Positions 22,155 to 34,099 of a stretch of DNA of 34,099 nucleotides are shown here, piece after piece. The notes beneath the pieces were generated by a model. The model saw nothing but the letters and a program-made list of their open reading frames with translations. It did not search any database and was not told the origin of the DNA. Where the stretch lies: positions 78,477-112,575 of the forward strand of contig WELA01002438.1 in the NCBI GenBank assembly GCA_009602735.1, given 5' to 3'. Position 1 is the first letter of the stretch, and each line of letters opens with the position of its first letter. The DNA is from Mesotaenium endlicherianum. Lineage: Eukaryota. A program made the translations under genes and the position numbers.

Positions 22155-24032
22155 ATGTCTGACTACTACGATATTCATAGCATCCTTGCTGAAGATGAGG
22201 TATATTTGAGGCACCTTATTTTCATCTATAGCTTGCGGGTGTTTCCTATGGATTCATTCTGAAATGCGTTAGAGGTTATTGAAGTTGTTTCTTTTGCCAG
22301 AGGCTCCAATGCTCTGCGTCTTGATTTATTTGAGCAGAGAGTGCCAGCAACTTTTCAAACTGGAGCTACGGGAGTAGGACGAGCACTTGACCCTAGCTGT
22401 GACGATGATAATGTGAGTAGCTTTTGCTTCTTTTGGTTCCTAGATAATATGAATTGTAGTTGAGCCCCATCAGAGGAATAAAAACCAAAGAACTGTGCTT
22501 TTAGAGAGAAGGATTACTTCCTTCTTTGAGCTCTATATCTTCGAGTAAGCCCTCCAATGTGTGAGCTGCTTTGGTACGCCTGTTTTCCTTGTGAAGAAGC
22601 AGTGATAGACTTATGACAGCCGCTGACAGGAGCCATAAAGTACGTATAATAAGTCAGTGGTACCAGTGCCATGCCCCAAGGCCGACTCAACAACAAAGAA
22701 ACTTTTTCTCTTTGGGCAGCTGAAAGAAGGTGCAAGTGTGGAGCTCCCACTTTGGCTGGCTTCACCTCTCATTCCAAGAAACATGATCACAATCCGAGAA
22801 CCAAAATTTTACGGGGACAGGTACTGCAGTGCTCAAGTTCTACCACTGTAAATTTGCGTGATCATATTAGCAAATTTTTAAGCTCTGATTTAACATGCAG
22901 TCATTAACAATTGCCATCGAGACGAGAGCAATAAGCCAGGTTTTGAACCACTTTGTCTCATTTGCAGAATAAGGCGAGAGATACAAGCAGATGCTGCTTG
23001 TGTCAACCTTCGGGAGTGCAGTTCCTACTACTATGAACTTGGGTCAAAGCTCACAACGTTGTAAGTCACCCAGCCTTATTCTGCATTTACACGTTTTGTT
23101 GGTAGTGAAGCACGACAAGGGATTGCCTTCTTCTCGGTTTATAGCTTGATACCACTTGCGGCAGACACAGGGCTTATGACCTGTGACTACTTTCTACTTG
23201 ACACCCATGTCTATGGTCCAACTGCAGGTTTCTTGGAAGCAAGTGACATGTCTTCATCATCTGGGAATATAACTTGTGTATGTTTAATGTCTTCAAGGCA
23301 TGAAATGTTTGATGCATGTTGTGTTCAATACGCCCAATCACATACACTACTTTTGGTCCTTGATAGGATTATAAATATTGGTGTATGATTGCCCTCATGT
23401 TTGCAGGATATCAGACCGTACTCTTGGAGGGCATCTTCTGAAATCCTTTCAGGGGCGATACAAAGAGATCCTCACAAGGGCTCACTCATGCTCGGACCAA
23501 GAGCTCACACGCCACCGGAGAATATTGACCAAAGAAGAAGCTCAGAGTAAGCAATTAAACACCCATAAGATGTGAGCTGCATGCAAACTTTTGTTGCAAA
23601 GTAGGTTCGTCAGACCGTGACAGAACTCTTCCACTCTTGTGTATCAGGAAAGTGAGGATTGTTCAAAGATTACAGAATATCTTGTGTTTCGTGTCTTCAA
23701 AGTTAACAGGTAGGGTCTACAGATCAACAGCAGTCACCTTATAACTTTTCCCTGTTCACTTCCTACCCTTGGTCCCCAAGAGGCTTTCTAAAAGGAAGCT
23801 TCGACATATGTAATGTCGACTCAATTATTCGCCAATATTGCCTTCTTGTGCAGTCATGGAAGCGGGCCGCAAGTCAACAATTGAGTTCTCGGAGTGGCTA
23901 CAACGGAGCCACCAAACTCTAAAAATGGCTCCTATCCTCTGTAAGCATAGACGGAAACGAGAGCCCCTCACCATTCTTGATGGTAATGCTAGTGATAGGA
24001 GCAAGCGAACAGTATCAGCCGCCTATGGGTAG
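22155..24032 (+). CDS. PSF3: DNA replication complex GINS subunit PSF3, 210 aa; exons 22155-22199, 22338-22412, 22720-22820, 22968-23060, 23407-23546, 23854-24032
   Basis: In-frame GT-AG splicing gives MSDYYDIHSILAEDE..ALDPS..GASVELPLWLA..EIQADAACVNLR..YYYELGSKL..FQGRYKEILT..LTKEE, the Psf3/GINS3 signature. Confidence 0.93.
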
Positions 24033-24702
24033 TTGCAGCTTGAGTTTAGGTCTGTTCGGCAAGTCAAGAATGTAGGTCCAGTAAGTGTCTGTGACCTTGT
24101 CGGAGCCAGCTTCATATTTCTGATAGACGGAACAGATTAACATTGTGAATTTTCGAAAGCATTACGAAATAGTCAAGTTGCCAGCTAATGAGGCAATTGG
24201 TTCAGCTTGAGGAAAGCCATGCACCCAAGTTTTACAGTTCTCAATGTTATATTCATCACAGACGACAGGAGGTGACCTAATGCCAAGGTTATATCAGATG
24301 ACCTAATGCCAGGTTCATATGTTCTTTTGGCATTTTAATTTTCGTAATAGTCAACACTTGTATGCTACTAATGCAGGTGTGTTTAGCGAGCTTCCAGGTT
24401 ATTCTTCGCTGATATTTCAGCAAGAATATAATTGTTTTAGGGCAAATACATGAGCTGGTGCAGGAAGTTTTATCTCAGCAAAACTAGTCTACTGTAGTGT
24501 AAGCAGCTAACGCTAGCGAGCTCTACTAGTTCTTCGGGGTCATGTCTATGCTTGTAAAGAGAGATATATATATATATATACTGCTAGCTTTAGATTAGAC
24601 AAGTTTGAATGCATGGTGCTTGGAGAACTTGCTCCCTGTCTGCTTATATAGTGGTGGGCTGTCAGTAGTCACGACAACTGAAAAGTAGTCCATAGGTGCC
24701 TA

Positions 24703-27700
24703 TCAATAATAGATGGTCAATGTCCTATGGTGCTGCATCCCATTGACAAAGCCTTGAGACCACAACCACCAATCCAGCTGCACGCTCGTAATCTGCCACC
24801 AGAAAGCAATAGAGAGATGTGTCATCAACTGGAGAGCCTCACTGGTACCAAAGTTCTTTCAGAACAAGAGTGAGCAGCCTTGACAACAATACTTCACCTA
24901 GTAGACTTTACAGGGCCAATTATGAAGTGCTACAGAAGTGTATACCTTCTGCCCAGATCTTGAGGTAATGGCATGGCGCAGCTTCTCCGCTGCAGTGATG
25001 CAGCATGCTCGCACTTCCACCTCCTCTTCTGACCCTGCATTCAATCATGATACAAAGACGAGTGCTTTCAGGATACAGCCCTGCAGTGGAATGCCATCAT
25101 CGTGTTCTAGCCGACCAGGTGGCAAGAACAAAAATACTGGACCAAGAACAGAAGAGAGCAGTAAGTACCAAAGCTAAGATACCATGAGAAAGAAAGACAA
25201 CAGGATCTTGTCTAAGTGCAATGCATATCCTCACGCTCTCAGAGCTACACAAAGAAGGAACAGGCCAGGAGGTGAGAGCTGCACCAGGCATCAGCTCGGC
25301 GCGGCTGTCGACTTTGGCCGCCAAGGTCTGACTGTACCGCAGGATGCCCCAGTCTCTCAGCACCACGGGCACAAGATAGTCCGCGAAGATGGTCAGTTGA
25401 TCGATGTCAGAGAAGAAGCCCAGGCCTTCCCCGCAGAACGCGCCCCACAGGTCGCCCACGAAGATTTGTGCGCGCTTGTAGAGCCCGACCTGTCGCCCCC
25501 TGTACACACTGTGGTCCCGGAAACCTGGCACGCAGCGTTGGATGGCAGAGGCAAGGACCGAGTATGAGGACGTGCACCTCAGAGTCGTATATAACTTTGA
25601 TGCTTTGACGAAACGAGCATAGAAGAAAATTGTGTACAAGTATGTGCTTGCATGCTCAGTGAGTGGGCCCACCAGTTCAACGAGGAGCCAGCGAGAAGGA
25701 GGGTGGACTGTCTGAAAGAATTTCTACGCTGTCCGACAGAGATGCATAAGCATGTGCTTTTCCTTTCAGCCACCAAAGCACCTGCTTCTCAAGGCAAACG
25801 AGCAACACCACCACGCAAGCAGAGCCATGGCCAGACTCTCTCATACCCAGAGGACACGCAAGCCCCCGGCACATGTGCTCACTGAGAGAGGGCTGCTGAA
25901 GAAGGAAAGTGAGTCCGGAAGACCTGAACCTGCGAACAGTAGTATGACACATGCATTCTTCGACACACTAAATTATCTGACCACAAGGAAAGAAAACCTT
26001 CCGCCAAATTGTAGACATGACCCAGCATGCCTACGAGCCATGTGCGTCGTCCTTTCACTCTGCGGCTCGGCAGCATGGAGGTTCGGAAGAGCTTCTGCTG
26101 ACAAGTGTAAGTCACCTGGGAAGTGAGCTGTGACGAGGCGGACCAGAGCCGGGGCTGAGCCTTTTGCCGCTTTGACAAGCTCTGCGGCCTGCCCCCCAAA
26201 GGATCGCAGCAGGCCCCGCCCGAGCTCCCTTAGGAGGCGCGCTCGCTCATCCTCCTGGGGCATCTCCCTCTTCCACTGCACAAGCGCTCGCACTCCTGGG
26301 CCTGCCGTGCATGCACAACAGCACAGCTTTGTATAAGGTACCTTGCAGAGCTACACTGCACTTAGCACAAAGAACTAGCCTCCTGACAAGAACGGGGGGG
26401 GCGGGAGTTGTGAATCTCCAAGCCAGCATGAGGCATGTCTCCGTGAAAATAACAGAGCAACCTGCAGCTACTTTCCAGACATGATACGTCCTGTTGTTGC
26501 GTGTACAGTGAGCCAACCAGCAATAAAGAGGATAAGAGGTGGGGCTTTCATGCAACAGAAAGGTGTACCTTTAGGCCGACTGAGGCAACAATAAGAGCGT
26601 GCAAACTGTACACACTCCCACCTAAGACTGATCTGTCTGAAAATAGATTCTGACATAAGCTTCGAGAACGAGAGGCCAGACGTGCAAATACGAAGTGGCG
26701 AAAGGTGTCGTCTCATCACCTCCAAAGGGAGGACGGCATGTGGAAACAGTTACACAGTAGCAACTGCTTCTTAAGACCAAGAACGACATTCACAAGGATC
26801 CAGAACTGTGAAAGACAACGATAAGTGTGGACAGACCGTAGCCACGGTTGATCAGCAAAGGCGTCACTAGTAGAAAGATTGATCAGTTCAGCAAAGTTCA
26901 GTCGAAGCTAGTCAAAATCTGTCTCCTTCTGTCTCATTGGCAACTCGCTAGTACTGGTGCAAGTGACAAGTAAATACCATCACACACTGCCAGCTTGGCA
27001 GCATCCAGCGCGCCAGCGTCAGCCTGCAGGGAGCGCCTGAGGCCGCCAGCAAGGTCCTCATACTGCAGCTCAGCATCTGTTCTGACCTTCCCTCCCCAGC
27101 CACCAATTTGAGAACAATGTAAGCAATCACGATCATGCAAGGCTGTACCGCTTGCAGCTTTCTGCACCAGTGAAGTATCCATGGATGCTCCCTTGAACTA
27201 GCTTCATTGTCTTTCAAAGAGCACTCTGGAAGCAGCGAATAGAGCAACATTTTTGACTGGCGGCTGTCGCATGAGCAGCCTTTACGAAAGTTTTGGATAA
27301 TGATGAGCCCTGCTGGCACAAAATTATGCACTCATACAGGCCAGAACATTGATGTTACGCTTCTGCGTCCTCTTATGCAGTACAAGCTGATGTTGAATAA
27401 GTGCATCTTTTGCATGCATGTGGTGGTGATAGACCCACACACCCACCGTGAAGCTTTCAAGAACTCTGTTGTTCTTGAAATGCAGGGCCAACACGAGAGG
27501 GTACTTTACTTTGTTGAGGGCACCATCTTCCGCTGCAAAATATGCTGGTATCTGCTTGTCTGAGACAGTAAATTGAGCTTCAGAATTCATCGGACAGCTG
27601 GAAGGTCACCAGGAGAACACCTACTCACCAGGCCAGAAGCAAAAGTTGAGGGCATCTACAACAAGTAGATACTGTGCCGTCAAAGGTCCTCCATCTCTGT

Positions 27701-28107
27701 AGTGAACGCCCTCAAAGTCCCACTCCACTAAGGAAACGCCTTCCTCAAACTTATTAGCAACCTGCTCAATCGCTGCTCCAGCTTAGCAGTAGAAATACAG
27801 CTTTTAGTTCAAAGAAGGGTGTTTCCCGGTTTCCTGTAGCTGATAGTAGTGGAAACAGATAGAGAAACATGAGTAACCACACAAGACATGTTAGAGCAGG
27901 TGCTCGCATGTGTGTGCATGTCCAATCCTTCTATCAGGAAGGAGTCACACTGGGAAAAGAAATGGTAGTGCATACGTTGCTTGCTGTAAGTATTGGAAAG
28001 GGCGTCTTACACTCTGTATTTATAGCAACAAGGGATGCCATTGAGGCTACCCATGCAGTACTTTCTCTCACGTGATGCAGTATGTTTTCGTCTTGATCAG
28101 CCTCCAT
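24703..28107 (-). CDS. QNG1: Queuosine salvage protein / queuosine 5'-phosphate N-glycosylase (DUF2419), 314 aa; exons 28107-28011, 27772-27629, 27076-26978, 26301-26116, 25524-25285, 25034-24946, 24792-24703
   Basis: Intact spliced frame with family motifs VDALNFCFW, ERARLLRE, FPGFRD, YKRAQIFVGDLW, LTIFADY.VP, EVEVRA, LDWWLW and HHRTLTIYY*. Confidence 0.94.
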
Positions 28108-28577
28108 CAGAAGACAATACTATGGCCCTATACTGAAGAGAAGAGCATGACCAAAGAAATGGCCTCAAAGTTTAGCGATAACTGCTGCAGCGCTCGTGTA
28201 TGTTTTTCAATCAGGTATCCTTACATAATTGACCTGCCGCTTTGCTCCTTGTTCTCAAGCATATTCTGTAGCAGGGTGACCAGTCTTAGATAGGCCCGGT
28301 CCTTATTACATTCAGATGTCCTATTCCTTGTCTGAGTTACTGAGCGCACCTATGTAACAAAAGTTCAGGTCGATTAGGCACGTTCTCTTTTGTGAAAATC
28401 TGTTCATATTCAAGCAAGACGGTGTGTCGTGAGCTGCGAGCTATTGTTGCTTATATTAAAGGTTTTCAGCATATCCGCAGGATCAGTCTTTACGTTATAA
28501 GTGTTTGCACCTCAATCCATGTGTGCCTGACAACTCTTAATCTTTCCTGCCTTAGTAACCTACACTATCGGCAAAAT
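28108..28577. promoter_or_regulatory. Short head-to-head intergenic region (470 bp) between QNG1 and PPO2; likely bidirectional promoter
   Basis: Divergent start codons at 28107 (-) and 28578 (+). Confidence 0.55.
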
Positions 28578-30591
28578 ATGCCACGTCCAGGTCCGGGTTT
28601 CGAGAAGAGGGTGAAGGAGCCCGTAGTCACCTCGCTAGAAGGTGACTTCCTCCCTCTTCTACTTGTGTTTTGCACTATTTAATGAAGACAAGTTTTGTTA
28701 CACGTACATGCCTGGTCATCATGTACCACTCCTGAAATGTGACTCGTCACTTGGGCAGGAAATGTGCTGGGATCGGTGGCTGTAATTGGTGCAGGAGTCA
28801 GGTATTATTTTCAGCCTGCTTGTCCTCTATGCATGCTTGCACTGGCTCCATAATTGTAAAGTTTCCACAAAAGCGTCAAGCCTGCACATTAGCTGGCCCT
28901 CATAAGCATAATCATTCCAGCTCCCCTTCTACATGTAAACTTAAATGTTCGTGCTCAGCACATTGTTATAGAGGTGATTAAGAACGAAACTATATCGGTG
29001 ACTATATAGTCTAGAGATTGATTTCTGGTGGTCTTTGGGGCAGTGGACTAGCAGCTGCATATCGACTGAAGAAAGAGGGCCTTAAGGTGACGGTCTTTGA
29101 GGCCGACTCTTCTGTAGGGGGGAAGATTAAGAGTAGCTCGAAGGATGGCTATGTTTGGGAGTCAGGCGCAAACACTATGGTAATATGACTCCCTTTGCCA
29201 AATGTGAAGGCCTCACAACATGTGTTCCAACAGAAATCTCTTCGCCAGTATATTTCATCTTTTGTTTCCCCTATATTGCAGTTTAATGGAAAGTCTACTA
29301 GATGATCAGGAGGTCTACGGCGTGCAGTTGAGGAGGACCAGAGTCAGCCCCTGAATACGTCGCAGAATAGAAGAACAGACCATTGCTGCCCGTGCAACTT
29401 TGCTTGATCAGATGAACACCCTTTACCTTCTCGTGCACATCTGCATGCATTGGTTCAATTCTTACCAGTGCATAATACTTGAAGTAGACAGTAGCAGCCG
29501 ATGCTAGATGAGCCGGTGTGCTTGGCATGCTAGTGGTCTCTATAGATATGCTGGTCTGAGGAGACAGTATGCTGTCAGACATGTGGACGAACTTAATTAC
29601 ACAGCATGTGCACATGGAGCCTGACTCATGCGCATGCTTTCCTTCACCACCCATATAGAGTATCCGGTCCTCTTCTTTTCCGGTACTCCAGCATTAATCG
29701 CAATGGCCGTGGCATTAAGGTTACAATCAGATTCCAACGGCTGCAGAAGCTAACTTACATGGTAGTTGAGCGGGGGGAGGAGCAGGCTGAGAGTGAGCCG
29801 ATTGTGGGGCAGCTAATAAGCGAGCTCCAGCTTGAAGACCTGCGCCTGCTTGTAAGCCGTCCTCTCTCCCTTAATCTCTCTCTCCCTCTCTCTCACACTC
29901 TCAATTGCCCCCTCACAACACCGCTACCTTCTCTGGCAGCGTGCAGTGTCTTGCTCGTAAAACGTGTTGAGACAATAGTCAATGTTCAGAGTCTATAAGC
30001 TAATACAACTGTAGCTTGCGCACTGCTGCAATATTTTCCCAATATGTCGCCAGACTTGCAGTGTGCAATGTTATGCAAATGGTTGTTGCCACTCAGGCCA
30101 TCCATTGGTGAGCTGCTATCTTCTATTCCCTCCTTTCTTAGAGTCCACAGCTATTTCTTACAGATACTTGCAGATATCGTTGAAAAAGCTTGTGTGCATA
30201 TGTATGTATGACTGCCTGCATCTCTATGTTTCCATGTGCATATAAGAGAGCTTAATTACGATCAAATGCACGCGTCACTAGGTCTCGGATTGTTGGATAA
30301 TCGAAAAGAGACAGCTTCATTTATGCTTACTTCTCATATACTACGGTGCTTACTACAATGATGATGCCTGTGTGTGTGCGCGTGCCTGAGTGCGCAGCCG
30401 AACCAGCAGAACAAGCGGTACATAGTGAGACATGGCAAAGCCGAGCTGGTAGGCTGCCACTTAGTCCTGTCACCCCTCCTACCACCATTTTCTCGTAGTG
30501 CATGCATGCCTCCCCCCTCTAGATATTCGCACTCTTTCCTTGCGCACTTATGACACACAGACACACAAACGCGCGCGCGCGCCCACACGGT

Positions 30592-30627
<36 letters not shown>

Positions 30628-33317
30628 TGTATGCACACACACTCATTGCATAAAAAAAGAGTTCCACACGCACACTTATATGTGTATACATATGGGTAAA
30701 TATGTATACACATGTATATTCATATATGTATATATATTCTCTATATATATGTGTATGTACGTAGAGGTGCATGTATACCAATACAAGTGCGTGGGTAAGA
30801 CACCAAAGGCAGCTAGCCAGAGGGAGCTCTGCTGAGAGGGGGTGGGGGGGCTGCTGAAGCATGCGTGCAGGTGCCCTCCAACCCCATCGCCTTCCTGGGC
30901 TCCAAGCTGCTCTCCACTCCCGCCAAGGTACAGTAGCTACCCCACCACCCCACGCACTCGCACTTCTCCCCTCACAGCTGGCCCTTGCTTGGCCTCTGCC
31001 GCGCAACCCCTGAGCTTGTGCGCGGCTGCTAGTCTCTAGTTGCTGACCTTTGTGCCCTGACCTCGTGCGTCTTGACCTCCATTGACATTGACCTGGGGGT
31101 CCTTGATCTTTGGCCCCTGGCCTTTGACCTGTGCCATTCGACCTTTCACCCTTGGCTCCTGACCTTGGGCCTTAAAGCTTTGACTGAGCTTCACCAAACC
31201 TGCAACCTACAACCCGCAACCTGCGACCTGCGACCTACGACCTGCAACATGCAACCCACGACCTTCATCTTGCTAACTTTGGCCATTGGATGTTCAAACT
31301 TTCGGTTTGGAAGAGATATGCACGGAGCTTCTCATGTTTGACGTGCTGCCAGCGTTGAGTGCTGCCAGCTCGTGGACAGAATGGGTCCGTTAGTTTTCTT
31401 AGTGCCCAAGAGATGTGGTCCTGCCGGTCCGGATGCGGATGCTTTTTTTTGAACCCTAATTCTCAACCTGAAGCTTTGAAGTCCTCCTTCGGCACAAGTT
31501 GAACACCACACCTGCACAAGCATGCAACTCTGCCTGTGACGAGGTTGCCCATCTCGTACAACTGTCACTGGTCTGTGCTGCCCGAACACGCAACAGGCGC
31601 GTCCGCACGCTGCCACGTGGCAGTGGATTAGAGGACTAATGGCATCCTTTCAGGCACTGCTGTTGCATGATTGCCAGCTGCACGATTTGGCAGAGTCCTC
31701 CATGAGGAAAGTAGCAATCCCGTTGGAGGCCAGATGTCATTCTCTCACGCACTGCCATACTGTGGTCGCCAGCTGCGCATTCTGGCGGAGCCCTTCATGT
31801 GGAAGCGGCGGCCCTCAAAGAAGGGAGGCGCCGGCGCGGCGAGCCCGGAGACGGAAGAAGAAGAGGACGAGAGGTGCGTGTGTGTGCTCCTCTGCATGAG
31901 CTCTCTTTGCCGCACCCATCCCCTGGGTGTGTGCTCAGCCATGGCTAGCTCCAGCACCCACCCCTCACGCGCTCCAGCAACTCCCAGAGAGCTGCTTTTT
32001 GGCTGTCCCTTGACAACCCTCATAAACCCTGAAACCTTGAATTCTAAAGAGCCTACTCGCCATCTTCTTCCCACACGTGCTTAAGCAACTCCCAAAGAGC
32101 TGCTCTTTGGCGGTCCCTTGACAGCCCTAAGCAGCAAATTCCTGAACCTGGAACCTTGATTTCTAAAATCCTGTTTTGCCAACTTCTGAAACCCGAGCGT
32201 CTTCATGTGCTTGAGCAACTCCCAAACAGCTGCTCCTTGGCTCTCCCGCAACAACTCTCAAGCAGGACAAACCCACCCCCTGGGGCAGCTCTTTTCTCTC
32301 GTTGCTTACGCTCTGGCCCACTTGCGCTCTGGCTTGCGTCGCGCACTCGCTGGCTGCCAGGGCATGTGGCTGTGGCTGCTTGAGGACTGGCTGCGATGCA
32401 GATGCACAGGTGGCTTGCCCGAGAGCAGCCTGCAAGGCCCATGCGCTGGTGGGTGCTTGAGAACAGCCCCAAATGCAGTTGCGCGCGCACCTAGGAACGC
32501 GCTCCACGTGCATGGGAGCCGAGTATGTCTTCTCAAGTGTGAGCATTGTTGAGAGTGGAAGCAGCAAGCTGATTGATTCCATCTGAGGTTTGTCTCAGAG
32601 GCAGCAGGCGGCTGCTTCCAGTCTGGCACCTTGCGTGAGTGCGATGTTCCGCTCGGCGAGTGGAGTGGTCTCTTCAATTCTTTGCATCAGGGGAGAGAAC
32701 GTCAGTCCAGCCGATGGGCTTCTCCTGCTCTTATTGCTTCCTGCATTGGCTGGCGGTCGTCCATGTGGCAGCCTGGCAGACTTCTTGGAGCGACACGTGG
32801 GCCGTGAGGTGAGACAGCTCTTCCATCCCCTTGTCCCACATACGACCACAGCACAGCTAGCAGAGAGTGTGACAGGTGTTGATGCAGGAAAGTGCAGAGT
32901 AGTAGCCAGCCGCTAGGCAGCCAGTTGCCACCTCAGCACTCTGTAGTTCTCATACCTGAGGGACAGCTAGCGGGCCGGTCCAATCCAACGTGTCAGCTCG
33001 AGCAAAGTCTGGGGGAGCGCGCGAGCACTCCCTTGCGCATACGTGTGCGCGTGTGTGCGCGTGTGTCATTGCATGCAGTCGTGTGTGCGTGTGTGCGTGC
33101 GCATGTGTGTGAGCATGTGTAGGCGTCTTTGCGTGAGTGCATGTGCGCTTGTGTGTGTGTGTGTGTGTGTATGTCTGTGTGTGTGTGTGTGTGTGTTGAC
33201 AGAGCAATAGAGCATCTGTGAGCGCGTGAATGTATGCATATGTATGTGCAGCCAGTGGACTACTTGGCGGACCCTGTGTGCGCGGGCACCTTCGGCTCCG
33301 ACTCCAGATCCCTCTCC
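28578..33317 (+). CDS. PPO2: Protoporphyrinogen oxidase 2 (HemY/PPO family), 5' partial; exons 28578-28641, 28759-28801, 29044-29179, 29786-29851, 30398-30448, 30871-30927, 31773-31873, 32772-32808, 33252-33317; continues beyond the window
   Basis: The spliced product has [15 protein letters not shown] (FAD-binding GxGxxG), [51 protein letters not shown] and VDYLADP..AGT, matching plant PPO2. All junctions are GT-AG and in phase. The first exon is less certain. Confidence 0.9.
30552..30770. repeat. Compound (CA)n/(CG)n/(TA)n low-complexity tract in a PPO2 intron
   Basis: Direct inspection. Confidence 0.85.
31044..31265. repeat. Degenerate 7-bp periodic arrays (TTGACCT-like, then ACCTGCA/ACCTGCG)
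   Basis: acctgca acctaca acccgca acctgcg acctgcg acctacg acctgca acatgca acccacg at 31198-31260, preceded by repeated tgacct. Confidence 0.8.
31976..32262. repeat. Diverged tandem repeat (units of 108 and 130 bp plus a partial third) in a PPO2 intron
   Basis: agcaactccca.a.agctgct at 31976, 32084 and 32214; gaaccttga.ttctaaa-like sequence in the first two units. Confidence 0.8.
33041..33197. repeat. Imperfect (TG)n/(TGCG)n tract upstream of a PPO2 acceptor
   Basis: Direct inspection. Confidence 0.9.
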
Positions 33318-34099
33318 GTGAGCACAGCGCCCCTCATGTATTTATTTCCTTGCCAGCTTCAACTCAGCCTTGGAACCGGCTCTGCATGGCCGCCACCTGT
33401 TGCGTCACCAGCCCTCTGCAGAAGCACACAGGGCTTGCTAATGTCATCTGGGAATTACGGTCTCGTCCGGACCCCTTTTGGGACTCCCCCCTTCCCTGAG
33501 GATCAACGGCCAGCCAGGGTTCCATAAGAGGAAACCTGTGTTTATTCTGATATCCAAAAAGTGAAAGTGCTCAGCTGGGGAAGAGCGCAATTATAGGCAG
33601 CCGGCCACTGCGGCAAGTAGCCGACCCCTGCTGAGGCGCGCGCGTGCGCGTGCGTCACTAGGGCTAGGCTGGCTGTTACTGTCGGCAAGGCTGGAGGACA
33701 AATCTGGGCCGCCTGCTTGAATGATGCACGAAGATCGACAGTGCTGGGTTTCCGTGGGGTTGCAATTTGAGGGGCGGGGAGACGATAGTCTTGACGGCAA
33801 GGACAAAGACTGTAGGGTGGTATTGTGAGGAGCGGGGAGGCAGTGGTGAAAACATCGCTTGCCTTCATTTGTGGGATATAACGTGGCATTATGGAAGCCG
33901 AGAGGACCGATGGAATTGGCAAGGACTCAGATCGAGAGCCTGCAGTGCATGGCAGCAAGCAAGCGTGCCCAAGTGTGCGATGCTCCGTGCCTCTGGCACC
34001 GCTGGAGAGCTAGCAGAGCACGTGCTCGTGCCTGTTGAACACACTGGCCTGCCGATAGATGACCAAGTGACGGGCTGACTAACTGCGTGAGGGGGGGGG

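Noticed and set aside
33845..33900. LHLWDITWHYGS as the next PPO2 exon
   Set aside because: Only vague similarity to the expected FPxLWxxEKx/FGS segment and no in-phase splice sites; the next exon is probably beyond the window.
17040..34099. OEP37-PSF3-QNG1-PPO2 as a functional gene cluster
   Set aside because: The functions are unrelated housekeeping roles in alternating orientation, consistent with ordinary compact gene order.

Overview
Eukaryotic nuclear DNA with GT-AG introns, (CA)n/(TG)n microsatellites and two N gaps. The gene content (OEP37, PPR, PPO2) points to a streptophyte, probably a streptophyte green alga (inference). The right half is a compact, intact gene block that I spliced by hand: a canonical plastid outer-envelope channel OEP37 (-, 7 exons), GINS subunit PSF3 (+, 6 exons), queuosine salvage hydrolase QNG1 (-, 7 exons) and the 5' part of protoporphyrinogen oxidase PPO2 (+, 9 exons seen). 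The left end carries the last three exons of a second, very divergent OEP37-like beta-barrel with the same intron positions and phases as the canonical copy. Between the two convergent OEP37 genes lies about 12 kb of decayed or accessory DNA: a PPR pseudogene, short tandem repeats, a Q-rich coiled-coil ORF interrupted by an AT-rich chlorovirus/phage-type ATP-dependent DNA ligase relic flanked by an ACCAT direct repeat, a frameshifted F-box/LRR gene with a long degenerate tail, and a 571-bp element with 34-bp inverted ends. Protein family calls come from recalled reference sequences, not from database searches.
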